DNA of 32,000 bases from positions 30,001 through 62,000 of the forward strand of contig NC_021885.1 in assembly GCF_000441555.1 (NCBI RefSeq), read 5' to 3'. A model generated the notes under the pieces. It was not told the origin of the DNA. It saw only the letters and a list, made by a program, of their open reading frames with translations, and did not search any database. This document shows positions 20,860 to 29,950 of this stretch, in pieces (position 1 is the stretch's first letter; every line of letters starts with the position of its first letter). This stretch comes from Candidatus Profftella armatura. Lineage in GTDB: Bacteria > Pseudomonadota > Gammaproteobacteria > Burkholderiales > Burkholderiaceae. The position numbers and the translations under genes are program-made.

Positions 20860-22209
20860 ATGTTTAAAAATCTTACTGAACGTTTATCTGATATTATTAA
20901 AAAAATGAGAAGGGAAGTACGATTAACTAAGGATAATACTGAAAATATGTTTCGTGAAATTCGTATTTCATTATTAGAAGCAGATGTATCCCTTCCGGTT
21001 ATAAAAGAATTTATTTCTAATATTAGAAAAAAATCTATTGGAAAAGAAATTTTATATTCTTTAACCCCTGGACAATCTTTAGTTAATTTAGTTCAATATG
21101 AATTATCCCATATAATGGGAGCTAATTTAGATAAAAAATATTTTAAGTTAAATCTTTTACCCCCCTTTCCTTCTGTAATATTAGTAGTAGGTTTACAAGG
21201 TAGTGGTAAAACTACGAGTATTGGTAAATTATCAAAATATTTACAAAAAAAGAAAAAAAAAATATTAACTGTTTCAGTAGATATTTATCGACCAGCCGCT
21301 ATTAATCAGTTAAAAATAGTAACGTTAGAATCTGGTTCTGATTTTTTTCCTAGTATAAATACTAATAATTCTGTTGATATTGTAAATTCTGCTTTAAATT
21401 ATGCTAAGATTAACAATTATGATGTTTTAATTATTGATACTCCAGGTCAAGTAGGTATTGATAAAAAAATGATAAATGAAATAAATTTAATCTATAAAAT
21501 AGCGCAACCAGTTGAAACTCTATTAATAGTAGATTGTATGTTAGGACAAGATTCTCTTAATCATGCAAAAATTTTTAATAATATGTTAACTCTCACTGGT
21601 ATTATTCTTACTAAATTAGATGGAGATGCTCGGGGAGGGGCTGCTTTATCTATTCAGTATATTATTAAAAAACCTATTAAGTTTATTGGAATATCTGAAA
21701 AAATTTATGGATTAGAAAAATTTGATCCTATTCGTATGACTAATCGTATTTTAGGTATGGGTGATATTTTATCATTAATTAATAGCGCTAAAGAAAATAT
21801 TAATAAAATTTCTTCAAAGAAAATAGAAAGTAAAAATAAAGAAATATTTGATCTTAATGATTTTAAAGCGCAATTAATACAAATGAAAAAAATGGGAGGA
21901 TTAAATGTTTTAATAGAAAAATTACCATATTATATTCAAAAAAAAACAAATAAACATGATATAGATAAAACAGAAAAACAAATAAAAAGAATTGAAGGAA
22001 TTATTAATTCAATGACTTTATATGAGCGTAAAAAACCAGACTCTATAAAAGCAAAAAGAAAAAAACGTATAGCTGCCGGGGCTGGTGTTAATGTACAAGA
22101 AATTAACCAAATGTTAATACAGTTTAAACAAATGCAAAATATAATGCAAAAAATTAAAGGAAATAGTATTATGAAAATTATTCGTAATATAAAAAAATAT
22201 ATTAGTTAA
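20860..22209 (+). CDS. ffh: Signal recognition particle protein Ffh
   Basis: Tracked ORF (TTG 20851) trimmed to ATG 20860. MFKNLTERLS parallels the E. coli MFDNLTDRLS. GLQGSGKTT, DIYRPAAINQL, TKLDGDARGGAALS, GMGD, Met-rich M domain. Confidence 0.95.
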   Translation: MFKNLTERLSDIIKKMRREVRLTKDNTENMFREIRISLLEADVSLPVIKEFISNIRKKSIGKEILYSLTPGQSLVNLVQYELSHIMGANLDKKYFKLNLLPPFPSVILVVGLQGSGKTTSIGKLSKYLQKKKKKILTVSVDIYRPAAINQLKIVTLESGSDFFPSINTNNSVDIVNSALNYAKINNYDVLIIDTPGQVGIDKKMINEINLIYKIAQPVETLLIVDCMLGQDSLNHAKIFNNMLTLTGIILTKLDGDARGGAALSIQYIIKKPIKFIGISEKIYGLEKFDPIRMTNRILGMGDILSLINSAKENINKISSKKIESKNKEIFDLNDFKAQLIQMKKMGGLNVLIEKLPYYIQKKTNKHDIDKTEKQIKRIEGIINSMTLYERKKPDSIKAKRKKRIAAGAGVNVQEINQMLIQFKQMQNIMQKIKGNSIMKIIRNIKKYIS

Positions 22210-22233
22210 AGTTTGAATTAATTTTTTAAATTT

Positions 22234-23961
22234 TTATTTTTTAAGTTTAGAAAGTATAAATTTTAATATATCAGTTATTGGAACAAATATTGTTTTTTTA
22301 TTTCTTCTTTCTTGATATTCAGCTGTTTCATTTTTTATAGTATTATTACTTATTATAATTCTGTGTGGAATACCAATTAATTCCCAGTCAGCAAATACCT
22401 TTCCTATTCTTTCTTTTCTATCATCTAGTATAACATCAATATTTGCTTCTATTAATGTATTATATAAATAATTTGTTTTATTTTTAATTATTTCATTATT
22501 ATGATAACCAATTGGACATAATACTACCTCAAAAGGTGCTATTGATTGTGGCCAAATTATGCCATTATTATCAAAATTTTGTTCAATAACTGCGCTCATA
22601 ACGCGTGTTATACCTATACCATAACAACACATTTGAATTGATTTAAATTTTCCATTTTTATCTAAATAAGAAGCCTTCATTTTATCTGAATATATCGTAC
22701 CTAATTGAAAAATATGGCCTATTTCAATTCCACGTGTAATTTTTAACAAACCTTTACCATCTGGAGATAAGTCTCCTTCTGTAACATTACGAATATCTTT
22801 TATCTCTGGTTTCGGTAAATCACGATTCCAATTAACACCAGTATAATAAAAATTAATTTTATTTGCCCCACATGCAAAATCATTCATAAAAATTACACTA
22901 TAATCAGCAATAATACGTATTTCTGGTTTAATATAAAGTGGACCTAAATAATTTGAAGATACTCCGAATATATTAATAATTTCAGATTCAGAAGCAAAAC
23001 GATAATTTTGTAATCCATTTATTTTTCTTATTTTTATATCATTTAATTGATGATCACTTCTTAATAATAATATACAAATTTTTTGAGTATATAAATTAGT
23101 ATTTATTATTAATACAATTGATCGAATTATCATTGATAATGGAAATTTTAAAAAATTTATTATTTTTTTAAAAGTAGATTTATTTGATGGTATATTAATT
23201 AATTTTAAATTTTTAGTAGGTTTATTTATCTTTAAATTATACATACTTTTTGCTGTTTCAATATTAGCGGCATAATTTGAATCTGGACAATATGCAATTA
23301 TATCTTCTCCTGTTTTTGATATAACATGAAATTCATGCGAAATAGATCCTCCAATTTCTCCATTATTAGCTTCTACTATAAAGAATTTCAAATCAAATTT
23401 TTTAAAAATACGTATATAAGTGTTATACATTTTTTGATATGAAAATTTCATGCTTTTTAGATCACAATCAAATGAATATGCATCCTTCATTATAAATTCT
23501 CTACTACGAATTAATCCAAATCTAGGACGAATTTCATCTCGAAATTTAGTTTGAATATGATAAAAATTAATTGGTAATTGTTTATAACTATGTATCTCAT
23601 TACAAATAATGTTTGTTATGACTTCTTCAGAAGTGGGTTGAATAATAAAATTACGATTATATCTATCTTTTACTTTTATAAAATCTGAATTTATATTTTC
23701 ATAACGACCACTTTTTTTCCATAATTCAATGGGCTGCATAATTGGCATTAATAATTCAATGGAACCAGAATTATTCATCTCTTTTCTAATAATTTCTTGA
23801 ATTTTATGAATAACTCTTAAACCAATAGGCATATAAGTATAAATTCCAGAGCTAATTTTTTTAATCATTCCAGAACGTATCATTAGTTTATAACTAATTA
23901 CATCATTATTTCCGGAGACAGTTTCCTTGAGAGTAGAAATAAAAAAAATAGAAGCACGCAT
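22234..23961 (-). CDS. proS: Prolyl-tRNA synthetase (bacterial type with insertion/editing domain)
   Basis: MRASIFFISTLKET...LMIRSGMIKKISSGIYTYMPIGLRV; FRDEIRPRFGLIRSREFIMKDAYSF; CCYGIGITRV. Confidence 0.95.
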   Translation of the reverse strand: MRASIFFISTLKETVSGNNDVISYKLMIRSGMIKKISSGIYTYMPIGLRVIHKIQEIIRKEMNNSGSIELLMPIMQPIELWKKSGRYENINSDFIKVKDRYNRNFIIQPTSEEVITNIICNEIHSYKQLPINFYHIQTKFRDEIRPRFGLIRSREFIMKDAYSFDCDLKSMKFSYQKMYNTYIRIFKKFDLKFFIVEANNGEIGGSISHEFHVISKTGEDIIAYCPDSNYAANIETAKSMYNLKINKPTKNLKLINIPSNKSTFKKIINFLKFPLSMIIRSIVLIINTNLYTQKICILLLRSDHQLNDIKIRKINGLQNYRFASESEIINIFGVSSNYLGPLYIKPEIRIIADYSVIFMNDFACGANKINFYYTGVNWNRDLPKPEIKDIRNVTEGDLSPDGKGLLKITRGIEIGHIFQLGTIYSDKMKASYLDKNGKFKSIQMCCYGIGITRVMSAVIEQNFDNNGIIWPQSIAPFEVVLCPIGYHNNEIIKNKTNYLYNTLIEANIDVILDDRKERIGKVFADWELIGIPHRIIISNNTIKNETAEYQERRNKKTIFVPITDILKFILSKLKK

Positions 23962-23992
23962 ATCATTTTAAATTTTGTTATGTAACTTATTT

Positions 23993-25289
<1,297 letters not shown>

Positions 25290-25312
25290 AAAAATTCCTT
25301 AATGTTATTTTT

Positions 25313-25639
25313 TTAATTTATTTTTTTATCATAATTTATAGAAATAATTTTTATTTCTGTATAATTTTGTCGATGACCTTTATTTTTTCGATAGTGTTTA
25401 CGTCTTTTCATTTTAAAAATTTTAATTTTTTTAAAACGGTTTTGTGCTAATACAATAGCTGAAATTGTAGCATCAGAAATTAATGGTTTACCTAAAATAA
25501 TATTTTTATCTGTATATATAGCGAGTATTTGATTTAAGATTATTTTTTCTCCAACATTTACAGATATTTTTTCTATTTTAAGTTTTTCATTATTGGTAAC
25601 TTTATATTGTTTACCTCCGGTTTTAATTACCGCATACAT
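25313..25639 (-). CDS. rplU: 50S ribosomal protein L21
   Basis: MYAVIKTGGKQYKV...KMKRRKHYRKNKGHRQNYTEIKI. Confidence 0.96.
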   Translation of the reverse strand: MYAVIKTGGKQYKVTNNEKLKIEKISVNVGEKIILNQILAIYTDKNIILGKPLISDATISAIVLAQNRFKKIKIFKMKRRKHYRKNKGHRQNYTEIKIISINYDKKIN

Positions 25640-25653
25640 AAAAGAAAACCTTA

Positions 25654-25681
25654 TAGTTTGTAAAATTTAGTTTGTAAAATT
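25654..25681 (-). repeat. Perfect 14-bp tandem duplication in the rplU 5' leader
   Basis: On the + strand TAGTTTGTAAAATT occurs at 25654-25667 and again at 25668-25681. On the gene strand this reads AATTTTACAAACTA x2, followed by TAAGG (Shine-Dalgarno sequence) and ATG. Confidence 0.9.
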
Positions 25682-25801
25682 TTTTAAAAATTGATTAATT
25701 TTATATAAATTTTTATATAATTATATAAAAAAAATATTTTATATATATTTTAATTCTAAGTCAAAAAGTTCTTTTAAAGGCAATATTCCAAAAATTTATT
25801 T

Positions 25802-27145
25802 TTAATTTTTAGATAATGTTTGTTCTAAGTAATTAATATTTATCCCGCCCTTTATGAAATTATCGTCTATCATTATTTTTTTATGTAAAGAAATATTAGT
25901 ATTTATTCCTTCAATAATTATTTCTGATAAAGCTATTTTCATTCTACAAATTGCTTGTTCACGAGTTAATCCATGAGTAATTATTTTTGCGATCATTGAA
26001 TCATAAATAGATGGAACATGATAACCGGAATAAATATGAGAATCAATACGAATACCTGCCCCCCCAGGTGAATGCCAATTTTTAATATATCCAGGTGATG
26101 GTATAAAATTTAATGGATCTTCAGCATTAATTCGACATTCAATTGCGTGTCCTTTAAATTTGATATCTTTTTGATTATATTTTAATTTTTTACCTGCAGC
26201 AATACGAATTTGTTCTTTAACAATATCAATTCCAGTAATAAATTCTGTTACTGGATGCTCAACTTGTATACGAGTATTCATTTCTATAAAATAGAAATTT
26301 TCATTTTCATATAAAAATTCAAATGTCCCTGCATTATAATAATTTATTTTTTTACAAGCATTAATGCAAAGTTCGCCAATTTTTTCAATAATTTTTCTTG
26401 AAATTCCAATTGCTGGAGCTTCTTCAATTATTTTTTGATTTCGTCTTTGCATTGAACAATCTCGTTCACCAAGCCAAATTGCATTTTTATATTTATCACA
26501 TAAGATTTGTATTTCTATATGTCTCGGATTTTTTAAGTATTTTTCTATGTATACTTCAGAGTTACCAAATGTAGATTCAGATTCTGATTTAGTGATATTA
26601 ACTGCATTTACTATATCATTTTCGTTATATATAACACGCATTCCTCTTCCTCCTGCCCCTCCACTAGATTTAATAATTACAGGATAACCAATAGTACGTG
26701 CAATATTTATAATTTCCTGTGGATTTTTGGATAATTTTTTATTATATCCTGGTACGCAAGGTATATTCATTTCATTCATAATTTGTTTAGCTGATAATTT
26801 ATTACTCATCATACGTATAGATTTATAATTTGGTCCAATAAAAATAAAACCAGATTTTTCAATACATTCTGCAAAATTAGAATTTTCAGATAAAAAACCA
26901 TATCCAGGATGGATTGCTTCTGAATTTGTGATTTCTGCTGCACTAATAATTGCTGGTATATTCATATAACTAAATATAGGTTTATTCGAACCTATACATA
27001 TTGATTCGTCAGCTAATTTAACGCATTTAGTGTTACGGTCTATCTCTGAATGTACTACAACTGTTTTAATTCCCATTTCTTGACATGTTCGCTGGATTCT
27101 TAATGCAATTTCTCCGCGATTAGCAATAAGTATTTTTTTAAACAT
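25802..27145 (-). CDS. accC: Acetyl-CoA carboxylase, biotin carboxylase subunit
   Basis: [41 protein letters not shown]. 447 aa. Downstream of accB. Confidence 0.97.
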   Translation of the reverse strand: MFKKILIANRGEIALRIQRTCQEMGIKTVVVHSEIDRNTKCVKLADESICIGSNKPIFSYMNIPAIISAAEITNSEAIHPGYGFLSENSNFAECIEKSGFIFIGPNYKSIRMMSNKLSAKQIMNEMNIPCVPGYNKKLSKNPQEIINIARTIGYPVIIKSSGGAGGRGMRVIYNENDIVNAVNITKSESESTFGNSEVYIEKYLKNPRHIEIQILCDKYKNAIWLGERDCSMQRRNQKIIEEAPAIGISRKIIEKIGELCINACKKINYYNAGTFEFLYENENFYFIEMNTRIQVEHPVTEFITGIDIVKEQIRIAAGKKLKYNQKDIKFKGHAIECRINAEDPLNFIPSPGYIKNWHSPGGAGIRIDSHIYSGYHVPSIYDSMIAKIITHGLTREQAICRMKIALSEIIIEGINTNISLHKKIMIDDNFIKGGININYLEQTLSKN

Positions 27146-27149
27146 ATTT

Positions 27150-27193
27150 AGTAATAAGTATTTCTTTTAAAGTAATAAGTATTTTTTAAAAAA
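27150..27193 (-). repeat. Two tandem ATG-less copies of the accC 5' end in the accB-accC spacer
   Basis: Gene strand reads TTTTTTAAAAAATACTTATTACT | TTAAAAGAAATACTTATTACT | AAAT ATG TTTAAAAAAATACTTATTGCT (the last segment is the CDS). The core AAATACTTATT(A/G)CT is present 3 times within 72 nt. Confidence 0.85.
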
Positions 27194-27236
27194 TTTGAAT
27201 GTGAATTTTTTAAAAATTTTAGTTTAATAATTTATA

Positions 27237-27716
27237 TTAAATTAATTTTAAAATAAATAGTGGTTGACCAAATTCAACAGACTGTCCATTTTCAACAAGA
27301 ATTTTTTCAATAATTCCTTTTTTTTCTGAATTAATTTCATTTAATAATTTCATTGCTTCAATAATACATAATGTTGTTCCAATTTTAACTTCAGTTCCAA
27401 TTTCAACAAATGGGATAGAATTAGGTGATGATGATCGATAAAAAGTTCCAACCATAGGTGATTTAACTATATAATTTTTTGTATCATTTATTTGTAATTT
27501 ATCGGTACTCAATACTGATATATTTTGTTTTTCTGAGTTTATAAAGTTACATTTTTCATCTGATAAATTTTTTGATTTTAACATTAATATTTTATCATGC
27601 AACTTTGTGGATTCTTTAATAATACGAATATAATTTTTTTCTTCTGTTATCTCTAATTCCTTAATATTAGATTTTGCCACAAGATCAATAAGTGATTTTA
27701 ATTTTTTTAAATCCAT
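27237..27716 (-). CDS. accB: Acetyl-CoA carboxylase, biotin carboxyl carrier protein
   Basis: 159 aa. C-terminal biotinyl domain with [11 protein letters not shown] (biotinyl-lysine motif). Confidence 0.95.
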   Translation of the reverse strand: MDLKKLKSLIDLVAKSNIKELEITEEKNYIRIIKESTKLHDKILMLKSKNLSDEKCNFINSEKQNISVLSTDKLQINDTKNYIVKSPMVGTFYRSSSPNSIPFVEIGTEVKIGTTLCIIEAMKLLNEINSEKKGIIEKILVENGQSVEFGQPLFILKLI

Positions 27717-27790
27717 TTCAATTCCTAAGTAATTTTATAAATTTTGAAATAAAAAAAATATATTTTAAAATAAAATTAAAAATTATTTAT

Positions 27791-27834
27791 TTTTTTAAAT
27801 CTTATATTTTAATTTTTTAAATCTTATATTTTAA
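27791..27834. repeat. Perfect 22-bp tandem duplication in the accB/rnb divergent intergenic region
   Basis: TTTTTTAAATCTTATATTTTAA at 27791-27812 is repeated exactly at 27813-27834. Confidence 0.9.
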
Positions 27835-27980
27835 CTTTAAATACTTTAAAATTTTAAAAAATATATATTTTATATTGGATGTTATCATAGAAACAGATGT
27901 GTATGAATATAAATTTAAATCCCATTGAATTATAAATTGATTATAAATTTATATTTATTTAATAATAACGGAAATAGATT

Positions 27981-29855
27981 ATGAATTTACTTTTTGAAAA
28001 ATATGGTACCTTTAAAGTTGGTACAATTTTTTCTCAGAATGGTAATTTTTATCAAGTTAAAATAATTTCTGGTCGACATATTAAAGTAAAAAATAGTGAT
28101 ATTTTGTTACGATTTTCCACCCCAAATCCAGATCAATTAATTAAAAAAGCAAAATTATTAGCTAATGAAATTGATCTTAATTTTTTATGGGAAATTGTTG
28201 GAACAAAGAAATTTTACTTTTTTGATCTAGGTATAGAATATTTCGGGCATACTCCATTATCATATGAGGCAGCTAGTTTATTATTTTGTTTACATAATTC
28301 TCCTATTTATTTTTATAAAAAAGGGAAAGGATATTATAAAGCGGTACCTAGAGAATTATTAAAGACAACTAAAATTCATTTAGAAAAAAAAAAATTACAA
28401 ATAAAATTACAAAATGAATATATTAGTAAATTAAAAAATAAGGAAATACCAGATAGAATACAAGATCTGGCTTTACAGTTGCTATTTAAACCAGATAAAA
28501 ATAGTATAGAATATAAGGCATTAAATATTGTGAGTAGAGAATTACAAATATCTCCAGAACGTTTGATGATTGATTATGGAATAATTAAATCAACTGAACA
28601 ATTACATTATAAAAATTTTTTATTTCATTTTTTTCCAAACGGTATTACATTTCCAGATTTAATTATATCTAATTTACCAAAATTACCTGTAGCTGATAAT
28701 ATACGCGCATTTTCTATTGATGATGCTTCAACTACTGAAATTGATGATGCTTTGTCAGTTGTTAAACTTTCGTGTGGAAAAATTCAAATAGGAATACATA
28801 TTGCTGCTCCAGGTTTATGTATAAAACGTAACGATTTAATCGATAATTTTATACGAGAACGCATGTCAAGTATATATATTCCTGGAAATAAAATCACTAT
28901 GTTACCCAGTAATATAATTAATAAATTTAGTTTAAATGAGGGAAAAACTCGTGCCGCATTATCTCTTTATTCAATATTAAATCCAATAGATTGGTCATTA
29001 ATTTCTACAGAAACTCGAGTAGAAATGGTTTATATTGTATCTAATTTGAGGAATAATTATTTAAACTCATTAACAGAAGAAATATTAAATTCTGGTGAAG
29101 GTAATTATCCACATAAAAATGATATTTCAATATTATGGAAATGGGCAAAAGTTCTTGAAAAGAAACGAATGATTAAACGAAAATATTTTGGTTTACAATC
29201 AAAAAAAAGTGATCAAATTGATTTTAATTTTTCTATTAAAAATAATATAGTAACCATTACTTCTTATAAAAGAGACAAATCAATTAATAAAATTATATCA
29301 GAATTAATGATTTTTGCTAATACCAATTGGGGTAAATTAATTTCTAATCATAATATTCCTGGAGTTTATCGCGCACAAGGAGAAAGCGAGTATACATCAA
29401 AAACACAAGTTCGTATGATAACGCATCCTGCTCCTCATAAAGAACTGGGTGTTAATCAATATGCCTGGAGTACTTCACCATTAAGAAGATATATAGATTT
29501 AGTTAATCAATGGCAAATATTGTCATGTATAAAATATAAAAAAATACCTATACAAGCATCCTTTGAATTTGGTGATACAGATTTATTTGATATTATATCA
29601 TCATTTGATAAATTAAATTCTAGTTATTCTTATTTTCAAAAAAAAATGGAACGTTATTGGTGTTTACGTTGGTTATTACAAAATAAAATTAAATTAATTC
29701 AAGCAACTGTTATTAAAAATGAAATTGTTCAGTTATTAAATTTACCTTTAGTAATTCGTTTACCTGGTCAAAAGTTGATACAAGGCGCGCAAGTTAAGTT
29801 GAATTTATTATATATAGATGAAATTAATTTAACTATTGAGGCTAAATTATTATGA
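27981..29855 (+). CDS. rnb: RNase II-family (RNB domain) 3'-5' exoribonuclease
   Basis: 624 aa. RNB catalytic Asp cluster FSIDDASTTEIDDALS. SPLRRYIDLVNQ motif. Confidence 0.85.
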   Translation: MNLLFEKYGTFKVGTIFSQNGNFYQVKIISGRHIKVKNSDILLRFSTPNPDQLIKKAKLLANEIDLNFLWEIVGTKKFYFFDLGIEYFGHTPLSYEAASLLFCLHNSPIYFYKKGKGYYKAVPRELLKTTKIHLEKKKLQIKLQNEYISKLKNKEIPDRIQDLALQLLFKPDKNSIEYKALNIVSRELQISPERLMIDYGIIKSTEQLHYKNFLFHFFPNGITFPDLIISNLPKLPVADNIRAFSIDDASTTEIDDALSVVKLSCGKIQIGIHIAAPGLCIKRNDLIDNFIRERMSSIYIPGNKITMLPSNIINKFSLNEGKTRAALSLYSILNPIDWSLISTETRVEMVYIVSNLRNNYLNSLTEEILNSGEGNYPHKNDISILWKWAKVLEKKRMIKRKYFGLQSKKSDQIDFNFSIKNNIVTITSYKRDKSINKIISELMIFANTNWGKLISNHNIPGVYRAQGESEYTSKTQVRMITHPAPHKELGVNQYAWSTSPLRRYIDLVNQWQILSCIKYKKIPIQASFEFGDTDLFDIISSFDKLNSSYSYFQKKMERYWCLRWLLQNKIKLIQATVIKNEIVQLLNLPLVIRLPGQKLIQGAQVKLNLLYIDEINLTIEAKLL

Positions 29856-29950
29856 GTTATAATAATTTTAAAAATTAAAAATGAATTCTAAAATATATTA
29901 TATAAATTAATAAAAATAATAAGATTAAATATTTTTTAAAATATATATTT

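Noticed and set aside
22210-22233. 24-nt gap between convergent ffh and proS, examined for a shared terminator
   Set aside because: No inverted repeat is present. It is only AT-rich spacer, so nothing can be called.
25731-25751. AT-only inverted repeat AAAATAT-N7-ATATTTT plus an A/T run downstream of accC; possible weak terminator
   Set aside because: A 7-bp stem made only of A-T pairs cannot be distinguished from background in this composition, so I cannot support it as a feature.
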